Source of the DNA: Candidatus Zambryskibacteria bacterium RIFCSPLOWO2_02_FULL_51_21
Lineage (GTDB): Bacteria; Patescibacteriota; Minisyncoccia; Phycocordibacterales; Zambryskibacteraceae
Assembly (NCBI GenBank): GCA_001824255.1
Contig: MHWQ01000002.1
Span: forward strand, 139,548-203,547
Length of the DNA: 64,000 bases
Reading direction: 5' to 3'
Shown here: positions 9,197 to 18,454 of the stretch, piece by piece
Position numbering within the stretch: position 1 is the first letter of the stretch
Layout of the letters: each line of letters starts with the position of its first letter
Notes under the pieces: model-generated
The model's input: only the letters and a program-made list of their open reading frames with translations
Database searches by the model: none
Told to the model about the DNA's origin: nothing
Translations under genes and position numbers: made by a program

Positions 9197-9424
9197 TTAA
9201 CGTCCCAGGATAAGCGAAGCGAAGGCGGAGGCGGCGAAAAGGGCGGCAACAAGAATAGTGCCGCGGAAAAGCGTCTTTTCGAATCCGCGCCGCGTGAAGC
9301 GGGTTCCCGAGGCCGAATCAGTGCCGAAGGCGGAGCCGAGGCTTGCCTCGGAGCGCTGGAGCAGGATCATGACGACCAAGAGAATGGATAAGACTACCTG
9401 AATGTAGGGAAGAATCTGAACCAT
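9197..9424 (-). CDS. secG: preprotein translocase subunit SecG
   Basis: 76-aa two-TM protein, 'LLVVMILLQRSEASLGSAFG...TRFTRRGFEKTL' matches the SecG pattern. Start set at the internal Met (MVQILPY). Confidence 0.7.
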   Translation of the reverse strand: MVQILPYIQVVLSILLVVMILLQRSEASLGSAFGTDSASGTRFTRRGFEKTLFRGTILVAALFAASAFASLILGR

Positions 9425-9520
9425 TTCGTACCGCACTATGTTACCCCCATTTTGACTTTTTGGCAATTTGGGTATGATTGAGTGCAGACGCGTTTCCAAA
9501 ATGTTCATAGGAGAGCCATC

Positions 9521-9721
9521 GTGCAGAGAGTCAACAGTCTCCCGAGAGAGGAGCAGTTGCGATTCTACGACAAATACAAGCGATACCGGCGTTTCGGCCT
9601 GTCGCCCAGGCAGGCATTCAGAGCCTCTCTGCGCGCAATCGGCGCAGAGGCCAACCCCGCTGAGGTCAAGCAGAGCGAGCCCGACTCTCTCCGGCGGATT
9701 CTGGATTCGTTCAGCATGTAG
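9521..9721 (+). CDS. hypothetical small basic protein (66 aa, GTG start)
   Basis: AGGAGAG RBS 5 nt before GTG. Strong terminator immediately downstream. Confidence 0.35.
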   Translation: MQRVNSLPREEQLRFYDKYKRYRRFGLSPRQAFRASLRAIGAEANPAEVKQSEPDSLRRILDSFSM

Positions 9722-9757
9722 AAGGGCGGGACGCTAGCGTCCCGCCCTTTCTGTGCT
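9721..9757 (+). terminator. Rho-independent terminator
   Basis: 'gaagggcgggacgctagcgtcccgccctttctgtgcttt' has a perfect 12-bp stem plus T-run. Confidence 0.7.
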
Positions 9758-9770
9758 TTAATATATAGAA

Positions 9771-10382
9771 ATGGATAAAGACAAATTAATAACCGAATTG
9801 CAAGATGAGATTGTCCGGCTCGAGGACAATCTCATCCACGATAACCTGACGGGGCTCAAGACCCGTGCCTTTCTCGAGCATGAGTTAAGCGTTTATCTCG
9901 AGATTATCAAACAATCGAGCAGCGTCGAAACTCAGCGCAGGGAGCGCTTCGGCTTCAAAAATCTTTCACTAATCTTTCTCGATATTGATTTCTTCAAGAA
10001 AGTGAACGACGCGCACGGCCACGACATCGGCGACTTGGTGCTGAAGAGGGTCGCGGAATCCGTCGCTTCAAACGTCCGCACCGGCGACACCGTCGCGCGC
10101 TGGGGCGGGGAAGAGATGGTCGTTTCGCTTCTTGGCGCGAGCGAGAAGGATGCCGTGCTCAAGGCCGAGGAGATAAGGGCTAAGGTCGAAGAGCTCGGGT
10201 TCCCGGAAGCGTCCGGCCTCGAAGTCACAATGAGCGCCGGCGTGGCTTCTTCCGAGAATGGCCTTACCCTCGAGGACTTGGTCAAACGCGCCGATGAGGC
10301 CCTTTATAAAGCCAAGGAAACAGGCAGGAACAAGGTAGTCTCTTATTCCGAGTGCGGTATAATGGAACCCGTAACGTCTTAA
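9771..10382 (+). CDS. GGDEF-domain diguanylate cyclase (coiled-coil N-term)
   Basis: 'LIFLDIDFFKKVNDAHGHDIGDLVL' and 'RWGGEEMVV' (GGEEM variant of GGDEF/GGEEF). Confidence 0.85.
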   Translation: MDKDKLITELQDEIVRLEDNLIHDNLTGLKTRAFLEHELSVYLEIIKQSSSVETQRRERFGFKNLSLIFLDIDFFKKVNDAHGHDIGDLVLKRVAESVASNVRTGDTVARWGGEEMVVSLLGASEKDAVLKAEEIRAKVEELGFPEASGLEVTMSAGVASSENGLTLEDLVKRADEALYKAKETGRNKVVSYSECGIMEPVTS

Positions 10383-10390
10383 ATAAAACA

Positions 10391-10945
10391 ATGAAAAAAG
10401 GATTAATTATCGTTCTAGCAATCGCAGCTGTGCTTCTTATCTGGGTTTTCTCCGGCTACAACGGCCTGGTGAAGTTGAATGAAAATGCTGATGCCCAGTG
10501 GGCCAAAGTCGAGACGCAATATCAGAGGCGCTTCGATTTGATTCCGAACTTGGTCAATTCGGTCAAGGCGGTGCTAACTCAGGAACAGACGGTCTTCGGC
10601 GAGCTTGCAGAGGCCCGCGCCAATTACGCCGGCGCCTCCACTCCGGACCAGAAGGCCGCCGCCGCGAGCCAGGTGGAAACTTCTTTGGGCCGCCTTATTG
10701 CCATCGTCGAGAGTTATCCTCAACTCCAGTCCTCATCCAATGTCCGCGACCTCATGACTCAACTTGAGGGCACGGAGAACAGAGTTTCCGTCGAGCGCAC
10801 CCGCTTCAACGACGAGATTCGCTCCTACAACACCGCCATCAAGACTTTTCCAACGAATATCCTTGCGCTTCTTACCGGCTTCGGCGAAAGGTCTTACTTT
10901 GAGGCTGCTTCCGGCTCAGAGAACGCTCCTCAAGTAAACTTCTAA
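10391..10945 (+). CDS. lemA: LemA family protein
   Basis: N-terminal TM. 'WAKVETQYQRRFDLIPNLV', 'ESYPQLQSSSNVRDLMTQLEGTENRVSVERTRFNDEIRSYNTAIKTFPTNIL'. Confidence 0.85.
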   Translation: MKKGLIIVLAIAAVLLIWVFSGYNGLVKLNENADAQWAKVETQYQRRFDLIPNLVNSVKAVLTQEQTVFGELAEARANYAGASTPDQKAAAASQVETSLGRLIAIVESYPQLQSSSNVRDLMTQLEGTENRVSVERTRFNDEIRSYNTAIKTFPTNILALLTGFGERSYFEAASGSENAPQVNF

Positions 10946-10947
10946 TA

Positions 10948-11607
10948 ATGTTCGGAGTTTTTCTCCTTGCCGCCATAACCCTCGTGCCTTCGGGGCATGT
11001 CAATGATTTCGCCGGCATGATTAGCCCGGCGGCGGTTCAAACGCTGGAAGGGAAACTCGTACAATTTGAGAAAGACACCGGAAACGAAATTGCCGTTGTC
11101 ACTATTCCTTCTCTCGGCTCCGACCAGACGATAGAAACATACGCCGAGGAACTCTTCCGGAAGTGGGGCATCGGCAAGGAGAAGGAGGGTAACGGAGTGT
11201 TGCTTCTGATTTCCAGGGACGACCGCGAAATGCGGATAGAAGTGGGTTACGGCCTCGAGCCGGTGATTACCGATATCGAAAGCGGCCATATCATTTCTGA
11301 CGTTCTTGTGCCGGCATTTCAGGCCGGGAAGTATGACGAAGGTGTCGTGGCCGCCACGCAACGGATTATGGATGACATCGGACGCGGCGGGTCTCCGCCG
11401 GAACGCAAACCTCCGTTTCCCTGGCAAGAGATAATCTATATCATCATCATTCTCACTATTATTTTCATAAACATCAGGCGCAAGCGGCAGGGCAAGAGCG
11501 TTATCCTCCCGATTTTCTTCGGTGGAGGGCGCGGCGGGAAAGGTGGGGGATTCGGCGGCTTCGGGGGCGGTTCTTCCGGCGGTGGCGGTGCAAGCGGGAG
11601 GTGGTAG
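10948..11607 (+). CDS. TPM-domain (YgcG/TLP18.3-like) protein with TM and Gly-rich tail
   Basis: Signal. 'AVVTIPSLG...TIETYAEELFRKWGIGKEKEGNGVLLLISRDDREMRIEVGYGLE', then a TM and a 'GGGRGGKGGGFGGFGGGSSGGGG' tail. The LemA-TPM pairing is a known neighbourhood. Confidence 0.8.
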   Translation: MFGVFLLAAITLVPSGHVNDFAGMISPAAVQTLEGKLVQFEKDTGNEIAVVTIPSLGSDQTIETYAEELFRKWGIGKEKEGNGVLLLISRDDREMRIEVGYGLEPVITDIESGHIISDVLVPAFQAGKYDEGVVAATQRIMDDIGRGGSPPERKPPFPWQEIIYIIIILTIIFINIRRKRQGKSVILPIFFGGGRGGKGGGFGGFGGGSSGGGGASGRW

Positions 11608-11683
11608 TACGTCTATATAAGGTAGGGGTTTTGCGAAAATGCCGGATTATGATAATCTATCATTAATAATTAATAATAAAAAT

Positions 11684-12850
11684 ATGAAAAAAACCGTTTT
11701 TATTATCTCCATCACCCTTATCTTCGGAACCTTCCTCATTTCGGCCAATCGAGCTAATGCGGGTTGGAGCTGGCCGTGGAAAACAAACAACGAGCAGGGT
11801 GTAGAACAGGCGAGAGGGCAAAAAGCCGGTTGGTCTGAGAGGTTTTTTAGCTGGAGAAAGAAGAATAATACTTCGGAGTCAATCGTGAAAAAAGTCACAG
11901 TAATCAGAGAAAATGGCGGCCGGGTCGATTGGCTGGCAGACAAAGATTTGATTGTCTTTGACGCCCCTCATGACGGCGGATTCAGTGACGTGTTCGTAAT
12001 GAACGGCAATGGTTCCGGCGAGAGATGCCTGACTTGCAATCATCCCGCGTTGCCGAACAAGCATATGGGTAATCCCGCCTGGCATCCTTCGGGCGAATAT
12101 GTCGTCTTTCAGGCCGAGAAGAAGGAGCACCCCGACTCTTCCGAGCTGGCAAAACCCGGCCGAGGCACGTATAACGACCTCTGGGTTATCGGCATCAAGG
12201 GCGACAAGGTCTGGAAACTGACTGACCTGCCGTCTCCTCCGGCGACCGGCGTTTTGCATCCTCACTTCTCCCATAACGGCAAGAAACTTTTCTGGGCCCA
12301 GAGAGAGAAGGGCGGCGGGTTATTCGGAGTCTGGTCCTTAAAAGTTGCCGACTTTGATGTTGTCGGCGGCATACCGAGATTGTCGGACATAAAAACATAC
12401 CAACCCGGCAAGACACCGAAATTTTACGAAAGTCATGGCTTTACCAAGAACGACAGAGGGATAATATTCTCCGCCAACTCTGAAGACCAGTCGGAAACCG
12501 GCTTCGACCAGTATGTTATGGACTTGGCGACCGGCAAGCTTACTAATTTGGTCGGTACTCCCAGAATTTGGGACGAACACGGCCAGCTTTCGAACAGTGG
12601 CAGAAAGATTGTTTGGGCTTCCAGCCGCGACCTGACGGTACCGCATCTCGACCTTTGGACAATGAACGACGACGGCTCGGACAAAAAGAGATTGACATAC
12701 TTTAACGACAAGAGCTGGAAATTCTATCTCGGAGTGAACGGCTCGCCAGCGGACAGTTCGTGGGGTCCGGGCGACAAAAAGATGGTCACCTTCGTAATTA
12801 CCGACGATAACCTAAGCTTGGGTAAAATCGTTATTCTTGACTTAAAATAA
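11684..12850 (+). CDS. TolB-like (PD40) beta-propeller repeat protein, secreted
   Basis: Signal peptide, then repeated blocks of the form 'G..i.F.s.r.G...l..m..DGS..k.LT'. Confidence 0.55.
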   Translation: MKKTVFIISITLIFGTFLISANRANAGWSWPWKTNNEQGVEQARGQKAGWSERFFSWRKKNNTSESIVKKVTVIRENGGRVDWLADKDLIVFDAPHDGGFSDVFVMNGNGSGERCLTCNHPALPNKHMGNPAWHPSGEYVVFQAEKKEHPDSSELAKPGRGTYNDLWVIGIKGDKVWKLTDLPSPPATGVLHPHFSHNGKKLFWAQREKGGGLFGVWSLKVADFDVVGGIPRLSDIKTYQPGKTPKFYESHGFTKNDRGIIFSANSEDQSETGFDQYVMDLATGKLTNLVGTPRIWDEHGQLSNSGRKIVWASSRDLTVPHLDLWTMNDDGSDKKRLTYFNDKSWKFYLGVNGSPADSSWGPGDKKMVTFVITDDNLSLGKIVILDLK

Positions 12851-12884
12851 AGTCCGCTATATTTGTGGTATAAATATGTGAATC

Positions 12885-12969
12885 GGAGGGTTCGCATAGT
12901 GGTCGAGTGCGCACGCTTGGAAAGCGTGTATGCCGCAAGGTATCGAGGGTTCGAATCCCTCACCCTCCG
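12885..12969 (+). tRNA. tRNA-Ser (anticodon GGA), no encoded CCA
   Basis: Cloverleaf drawn by hand: acceptor GGAGGGT/ACCCTCC, anticodon stem CACGC/GCGTG with loop ttGGAaa, long variable arm with GCAA loop, T-loop GGTTCGAATCC. Confidence 0.85.
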
Positions 12970-13061
12970 CACCCAGCAGGGATTCGAAGGGAAGCACGTC
13001 ATGCTTCAATTTGTCGTATTGTCAGTTGATTATTTATTGTAGGTATGGCATATTTTAGATT

Positions 13062-14678
13062 ATGAATAAATATAAAAAATTTGCCGCACAGTCAGGCATA
13101 GCGGTGGTTCTGGTTCTGATAGTCAGCTATTTTATTCCCGCTCCGCTTTCCGTGGAGGCGGCCGTGACTAGTGCTAATCACAATATTCTTTTAATAATGT
13201 TGGACGACCTGGGAGAGATTCCTTTCAATGCCTTGATTGATTCCGGACTGGCTCCAAATATAGCCGCCCTGAAAGCTCGCGGCATGACCTTCAATAATTC
13301 TTTCGTCAGTAATGCCAGAGGATGCCCGGATCGCACTACCATGCTCACAGGTCAGTACTACCATAATGGCGGGATGTCCAATGGCAAATGCGGAGTATCG
13401 TTGTTCAATGATTCCTCGACTCTGCCGGTCTGGCTTAAGAATAGAGGTTATGTGACCGGGCTCATAGGCCGCTACACCGACGGTTTGGGATATACCGATA
13501 TCAACAAAGACGGGGTAATCGACGCTGTCGATATCCGCTATGTTCCGCCGGGTTGGAATTGGTGGCAACCCTTGCTGTTTCCTTATACCGCCGGGTATGT
13601 TGCCCCAGGCGGCGTTACCGCTTGGTTTGAAAATGCCAATACTTGCGGTTATTTCCTGATGACTAAGGGAGTCGTCAAAGGCTACGACTGCGTCAACCCC
13701 GCCAATTATCAAAGCGATGTACTAACCAATGAAGCGGCAAGATATCTCCAAGCGCAAGCAAGCAGGCAAAGTCCTTTCTTCCTAGCACTAACTCCAACAG
13801 TGACCCATGTGGAAATTTGGCCAGACAATACGACCATAGACGAATACACAGACGGCTGGAAATGGAAAACGCGTGCGCCGGCAAGATACGCGGGAACTAC
13901 AGATGGTTTCTCCCTCCCTGCTTCGCCGGCTTTTAACGAGTCTGACTCAACTTTCAGTTCTAAACCGGCCTGGATTAGGGTTAGAGAGTTGCTTACAGGC
14001 GAAGATATCACCAACGTAAACACACAGTATCGCTCGGTGCTGGGAGCCTTGCGCGCAATTGATGATATGGTCGGCACTGTAACTGCAACCCTCACATCTT
14101 CCGGACAACTCGATAATACGGTGATTATTCTAACCACAGACAATGGTTGGCTGTACGGCGAACATCGCATGACGTCCAAACTGGTTGCCTTCGAGGAATC
14201 CGCCCGCGTGCCCCTCATCATGGCCGGACCGGGTATTCTGGCAAGCTCGTCTGACGCATTGGTGTTAAACAATGATTTGGCTCCTACTATTGCGGCCTTG
14301 GCCGGCGCGGCAACCGATGGAAAAGAGGATGGAGTTTCCTTGCTGCCGCTTCTGACTAATCCAAACCAGCCCTGGAGAAATAAATTCTTAATAGAAAGCT
14401 GGGCGGTAGCAAATGAGTCCACATCAGGGCCGCTTATCGTCCCCACGTTGAATGCCGTCCGTACCCATAATGAAAAACTAGTCCAGTACGGCGCTTCACA
14501 AGATTTTGCCCAGGAATTTTATCTTCTGCAATCGGACTCGCGCGAATTGGTTAATGAAGCCAATAATACGGACTTGAGCAGTCTGAAAAATCAGTTAACC
14601 AACTATCTGCAGCTTCTTGAGAATTGCGGCAAGGATGTAGGCCAGGTTGCTTGTCAGGAAATCGAATTTTCCCAATAA
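13062..14678 (+). CDS. sulfatase-like hydrolase (alkaline-phosphatase superfamily), secreted
   Basis: Signal/TM. 'NILLIMLDDLG', 'CPDRTTMLTGQY', 'ILTTDNGWLYGEH'. The Cys-x-Pro-x-Arg motif appears one residue short (C-P-D-R). Confidence 0.7.
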   Translation: MNKYKKFAAQSGIAVVLVLIVSYFIPAPLSVEAAVTSANHNILLIMLDDLGEIPFNALIDSGLAPNIAALKARGMTFNNSFVSNARGCPDRTTMLTGQYYHNGGMSNGKCGVSLFNDSSTLPVWLKNRGYVTGLIGRYTDGLGYTDINKDGVIDAVDIRYVPPGWNWWQPLLFPYTAGYVAPGGVTAWFENANTCGYFLMTKGVVKGYDCVNPANYQSDVLTNEAARYLQAQASRQSPFFLALTPTVTHVEIWPDNTTIDEYTDGWKWKTRAPARYAGTTDGFSLPASPAFNESDSTFSSKPAWIRVRELLTGEDITNVNTQYRSVLGALRAIDDMVGTVTATLTSSGQLDNTVIILTTDNGWLYGEHRMTSKLVAFEESARVPLIMAGPGILASSSDALVLNNDLAPTIAALAGAATDGKEDGVSLLPLLTNPNQPWRNKFLIESWAVANESTSGPLIVPTLNAVRTHNEKLVQYGASQDFAQEFYLLQSDSRELVNEANNTDLSSLKNQLTNYLQLLENCGKDVGQVACQEIEFSQ

Positions 14679-14680
14679 AT

Positions 14681-14706
14681 CCGTCTATATAGGCAGACGG
14701 TTCTTA
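14681..14706 (+). terminator. hairpin terminator candidate
   Basis: 'ccgtctatataggcagacgg' + ttctta. Confidence 0.45.
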
Positions 14707-14863
14707 GTGAATTATTCAAGTACAGAAGGAGAAAGTATGCATATGCACATGTTATGAACAGTTTATGCACCTTTGTCAAGTTGACACCCTGACTACCAGG
14801 TATAGGTTGGGGTTACTGTATTGACGGATTAGGGCTTTATTAGTCGAATTAGCCATAAATATA

Positions 14864-16477
14864 ATGAAAAAGTTACTAGTTTTCGGGCTTGTTTTGGGAT
14901 TTGCGGTAGCTGGGACGGCCCAGGCGTCGACTCTGCACGTAGACCCGAGCGGCATCTGGACAGAAGGTGAAGCTACTTCTACTGCCTACACAACCATTCA
15001 GGCGGCAGTGGATGCTGCTGCTCCTGGCGATATGATAAATGTCGCAGTGGGGACATACGCAGAAAGCGTGTTGGTGAATAAGGCGCTAATTCTTAGCGGC
15101 GGAAATGGTACTAAGCCGGTTATTTCCGGTCTTGCTCCCGATAACTATATTGTTAAGGTGACAGGTGCATCTGACGTCACTCTCGATAATCTAGAAATTA
15201 ATGGAGGCGGCATAGCTGCTGGAGACAACACCTTCTCTTACGGAGTTTGGGTAAGTGGTTCAGGAGCAGAAGGTAGTCCTGTCGAAATAAAAAATTCAAT
15301 TGTCAAAAATGTCTGGAACGCTTCGCCGACAGCCGCGATTGACGTTGATTCTACAAGCTACGCGTTAATAAATAACGTAGATGTCTCTGGTTTCCAGAAA
15401 CGAGGAATCCGCTTCACTAATTCAAGCGGAAAAGTTTTTGACGGAGATGTTATGGGAGAAAGCGTCGATGGAACTACCAGGGTACAAAATCTGATTAATC
15501 TCTGGGGCGGTTCGTCTGTCGAAATCTACAACAACACTCTGCATGATGCCAAGAGTTCGGGTGGAACTCCGACTTGGGATTCTCCGGCTATCTTCATCAG
15601 CTCTTATGGAGGCAGTGGAAATTCACAAGCAAATGTTCATGATAACGAGATATACAATGGTGACACGGGCATAGTCGTAACATCAGTATATGCAACGGTA
15701 GATGGTTCCTCGGCGACGGTTACAAACAACAACTTCCACGATCTCAACTGGGGAATTAACTTCGAGACGGAAACTGGTAGTGCAGTTGTTCATGAGAACT
15801 CGTTTACCACGGTAAACAAGGCGGTAAACGCTGAGGGTGACGGTTCTCCTCTCGCCACTCCTCCGGCAACAAACGCCGAGAATAACTGGTGGGGAACGCA
15901 TGCATCTTCGACATTCGCCTCTCAAATCTCCGGTCTTGTTGATTTCGACCCATGGTATGTAGATGCGGCTAAGACTTCTCTCTCTGATATACCGCTCACA
16001 ATTACCTTGAATGGTGACGCGACTACGATGGTTTGGACAGCCAATGGCTTTACTGACCTTGGCGTTACGGCCACAGGCCCCTTGGTTCAAGTCTCCACTT
16101 CCGGTTCTGTTAATGATGATGTCGCTGGCACTTATGTGCTTACCTACACAGCTACGGACGTGTTCGAAAACACGGTTTCTACTACTCGCACGGTTGTCGT
16201 GCAGGCATCTAGCAACGGCGGAGGCGGCAGGAGTTCCGGAGCTGCTTCGTCTCAGGCATTACAAGCCGTCAATAACGCGGGAGTCACTCTTCCTCCTCCG
16301 GCGGCCGGAGTCATAGGACAGGTCCTCGGCGAGACTACGATGAATGTCGCCAACATGACGGTGGCGGAAAGGCAGGCAGCAATCGTTTCCGTAAGGTCTC
16401 AGATTGCCGGTCTCATCCAGCAACTCCTGGGTCTTCTCCAGGCTCAGCTTGCGGCAGCTATTGCGGCAGGGAATTAA
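14864..16477 (+). CDS. large secreted right-handed beta-helix (pectate-lyase-like) repeat protein with Ig-like domain and C-terminal coiled coil
   Basis: Signal peptide. Repeated Asn/Gly-rich rungs ('NNxxhD', 'GIxxxxS'). 'VAGTYVLTYTATDVFENTVSTTRTVVV' is Ig/HYR-like. Ala/Gln/Leu-rich C-terminus. Confidence 0.5.
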   Translation: MKKLLVFGLVLGFAVAGTAQASTLHVDPSGIWTEGEATSTAYTTIQAAVDAAAPGDMINVAVGTYAESVLVNKALILSGGNGTKPVISGLAPDNYIVKVTGASDVTLDNLEINGGGIAAGDNTFSYGVWVSGSGAEGSPVEIKNSIVKNVWNASPTAAIDVDSTSYALINNVDVSGFQKRGIRFTNSSGKVFDGDVMGESVDGTTRVQNLINLWGGSSVEIYNNTLHDAKSSGGTPTWDSPAIFISSYGGSGNSQANVHDNEIYNGDTGIVVTSVYATVDGSSATVTNNNFHDLNWGINFETETGSAVVHENSFTTVNKAVNAEGDGSPLATPPATNAENNWWGTHASSTFASQISGLVDFDPWYVDAAKTSLSDIPLTITLNGDATTMVWTANGFTDLGVTATGPLVQVSTSGSVNDDVAGTYVLTYTATDVFENTVSTTRTVVVQASSNGGGGRSSGAASSQALQAVNNAGVTLPPPAAGVIGQVLGETTMNVANMTVAERQAAIVSVRSQIAGLIQQLLGLLQAQLAAAIAAGN

Positions 16478-16493
16478 TAATACCCAGCCTGGA

Positions 16494-16524
16494 CAAAAAA
16501 CCGCCTTCGGGCGGTTTTTTGTTG
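16494..16524 (+). terminator. Rho-independent terminator
   Basis: 'aaaaaaccgccttcgggcggttttttgtt'. Confidence 0.7.
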
Positions 16525-16549
16525 CGAAAAGGAGTATAGTTACATAGTT

Positions 16550-17971
16550 ATGGCAAAAGCCTTAAAAAGCAATTATGGATTGATCGGCACAGCCGTTTTT
16601 TTACTGTACATAATGCTTTACCATCCTCCCTTGGTCTCAGCTTCACTGCCGATTCCGGTCGAGGGTTGCCCAATGGCGCATTGTGACCCATTTATGAGCG
16701 ACAACAATTTTATGATGCCGCCTCTAGGAAGCAGCATTGGGACTGTTTGGCAAAAAAATTCTATGGGAGGAGAGCAGCAAGGATCCTATTATGGCTTGGG
16801 GTGTTCCAGCAATACCGTGGTCGTGGCCTGCACTTATGGATCACTCAGCCGGCCTGGTCTCGGGCAAAATCTGATAGTTTATGACTTCGACGGCAATGCT
16901 TTGTGGAATTCAGGTCCTGAAAGCAGCCTTAATAACATAGCTTATACGTCTGCCCCTTTGTTCGACGCGGATGGAAATGTCTATGTTGCCGATAATATCC
17001 GTATTGTGAAATATAGCCCCGCCGGGACGGAAATATGGCGAAGTAATTTCCCTTCCCCCTCTGCACCCATTAGTCCTGTTCCTACCGAAAGCGGCTATAT
17101 AATTTTAGGGACTATAAGCGGTTATATCTACGCTTACGATATGAGCGACGGCAGCCTTCTAGGTTCATTATTGCTTAAGGATAATCCTTCGGACAGTTAT
17201 TATTACCAGACCAGAAATACTCCAGCGGTTGTTGGCGATAAAATCTATATTTCAAGCCATAGATCGGATGACTATAAACATGGCGCTCTGTTTGCGCTAA
17301 GACTCGATCCTTCCAATCAGATTAATCCTCTGCAAATTTCCTGGAAATATGATTTTGCAGGTCCGAGCGGGGCCAGTCCCTTGGTTGTGGCCACACCAAC
17401 GGAAACAAAGATTTATTTTGACGGCGACAACATCCAGTTGGATGGTTCGGCTTTAGCGTTAATTTACGGGATATCCGACATTGTTGGCGATTATCCGGAC
17501 ACTTCGTCATTGATTTTTCAAAAAAGGGCTTTCGGGAAACCCGGGAGAATAGTTGCATCGTTTGCCCTAGATCCGCGCGGAGGATTCTGGACTTATGTGG
17601 GCGTGAGTCCCTGGTTGCAATATAGGGATTCCGCTAGCGGCATAGCCGCTGCAAACAACAATATAAATGTCGACGCGTTGATTAATGATCCCGATTATAT
17701 TCACTTGCCCATGTCGGCAATGTCTATCGTCGGCACCCCAACCAATCCGATTATGATTGTATCGGCCATAACGACGGTTGCCGGCGGCAACCAGTATGTA
17801 ATAGCGATTGACCTTGTTTCAAAAACTTTGTTATGGAAAGTTCAGACCAATGGCATAGGAGATACCGAAAATACAGCCGGACAGTTTCCGATTCTTTCAA
17901 AAAATGGCGAGCAGCGCGTGATATTTTCAACTAGAAACTTGGGAGCGCGCGCAATTGGCCTGCTTCCCTAG
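16550..17971 (+). CDS. PQQ-like beta-propeller repeat protein (BamB-like fold), secreted
   Basis: Signal/TM. Repeats such as 'DGNALWNSGPE', 'DGNVYVADNIRIVKYSPAGTEIWRS', 'GYIYAYDMSDGSLL'. Confidence 0.55.
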   Translation: MAKALKSNYGLIGTAVFLLYIMLYHPPLVSASLPIPVEGCPMAHCDPFMSDNNFMMPPLGSSIGTVWQKNSMGGEQQGSYYGLGCSSNTVVVACTYGSLSRPGLGQNLIVYDFDGNALWNSGPESSLNNIAYTSAPLFDADGNVYVADNIRIVKYSPAGTEIWRSNFPSPSAPISPVPTESGYIILGTISGYIYAYDMSDGSLLGSLLLKDNPSDSYYYQTRNTPAVVGDKIYISSHRSDDYKHGALFALRLDPSNQINPLQISWKYDFAGPSGASPLVVATPTETKIYFDGDNIQLDGSALALIYGISDIVGDYPDTSSLIFQKRAFGKPGRIVASFALDPRGGFWTYVGVSPWLQYRDSASGIAAANNNINVDALINDPDYIHLPMSAMSIVGTPTNPIMIVSAITTVAGGNQYVIAIDLVSKTLLWKVQTNGIGDTENTAGQFPILSKNGEQRVIFSTRNLGARAIGLLP

Positions 17972-18102
17972 CGGCGAAAGCATTGCCAGGCGGTAGCGTC
18001 TATGCTATAGTTGACTTATGTAAGGTTCTCGTTGAGAGGTCACTTGAGATGAGATTGTACCGGCACTTACATAGATTTAGAATAATGCCGGCAGTTAAGT
18101 AA

Positions 18103-18390
18103 ATGACAACCAAGTTGTACGTTGGCGGCATTCCTTACACCTCGACTGAAGCTACTCTCGGAGAAGCTTTCTCGAAGGCAGGCAATGTTGTTTCCACCGC
18201 TATTATCATCGATCGCATGACGGGCCGCTCCAAAGGATTCGGCTTCGTCGAAATGGCGAGCGAGGATGAAGCCCAGAAGGCCATTGACATGTTCAACGGC
18301 CAGGACTTCGAAGGCAGGAAGCTCACCGTCAATGTCGCGCGACCGCTCGAGCCTCGAAACGGCAACGGCATGAACCGCCGACCCATGTAA
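18103..18390 (+). CDS. RRM-type RNA-binding protein
   Basis: RNP-2 'KLYVGGIPY' and RNP-1 'KGFGFVEM'. 95 aa. Confidence 0.85.
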   Translation: MTTKLYVGGIPYTSTEATLGEAFSKAGNVVSTAIIIDRMTGRSKGFGFVEMASEDEAQKAIDMFNGQDFEGRKLTVNVARPLEPRNGNGMNRRPM

Positions 18391-18415
18391 TATCGCTTCG
18401 GCGAAATTACTTAGC

Positions 18416-18441
18416 AAAAACTCCCGCAAGGGAGTTTTTGC
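18416..18441 (+). terminator. Rho-independent terminator (GCAA tetraloop)
   Basis: 'caaaaactcccgcaagggagtttttg'. Confidence 0.7.
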
Positions 18442-18454
18442 TATAATTAAATCA

